Below, in pieces: positions 14,932-15,025 of a DNA stretch of 15,025 bases (position 1 is its first letter; every line of letters begins with the position of its first letter). The notes under the pieces are model-generated. The model was not told where the DNA came from. It searched no databases and saw nothing but the letters and a program-made list of their open reading frames with translations. Location of the stretch: contig JBDRIG010000029.1 in the NCBI GenBank assembly GCA_043816185.1, positions 1-15,025 on the forward strand, in the 5' to 3' direction. The translations under genes were made by a program, and so were the position numbers. This DNA comes from Elusimicrobiota bacterium. Lineage in GTDB: Bacteria; Elusimicrobiota; UBA8919.

Positions 14932-15025
14932 AGACTGTGTCGCAATGGTATAATGGAAAAGCAAGCTTCCTTCCGGGGAGGTCATAAAGTAACGCATAAA
15001 AGCGCAGACCTTTTGTGATCTTTTC
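14930..15025 (-). mobile_element. Probable end of an insertion sequence (3' end of a putative transposase plus terminal inverted repeat), truncated by the window edge
   Basis: A minus-strand frame open from the edge reads EKITKGLRFYALLYDLPGRKLAFPLYHCDTV*, with its stop at the outer edge of CAGACTGTGTCGCAA (14931-14945). 42/96 bases are G+C, higher than the surrounding AT-rich genes. A second frame is also open, so the translation is uncertain. Confidence 0.45.

Noticed and set aside
14949..15025. Riboswitch/ncRNA on the + strand after TATAAT (stem AGGTCATAAAG...CTTTTGTGATCT)
   Set aside because: No recognisable riboswitch consensus and truncated by the window edge; the IS-end explanation is simpler. 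An Rfam scan would settle it.

Overview
AT-rich bacterial window from a diderm, LPS-making organism; an Elusimicrobiota-like origin is inferred only from the style of the secreted FlgD/T9SS-CTD-like protein. Both ends appear to run into IS termini: an IS481-like transposase C-terminus on the left and a probable IS end (TIR CAGACTGTGTCGCAA) on the right. On the + strand lie a three-gene accessory envelope module (secreted FN3/Ig protein with FlgD-like C-terminal domain; transmembrane Hanks-type Ser/Thr kinase with PEGA domains and a C-terminal zinc ribbon; exported zinc-ribbon plus putative beta-barrel protein) and then ddl-ftsQ-pilD. On the - strand lie trxB, a GSU2086-like/DHS-like hypothetical gene, rfaE1, kdsB and an orphan moxR. 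Four intergenic regions (145-319, 3033-3190, 10899-11028, 14833-14945) carry copies of one modular palindromic repeat family: REP-like GTCATTGCGAG/GAAGCAATCTC cores capped by one of two terminal motifs, one of which matches the IS end at the right edge. All calls come from reading motifs by eye; no database searches were run.
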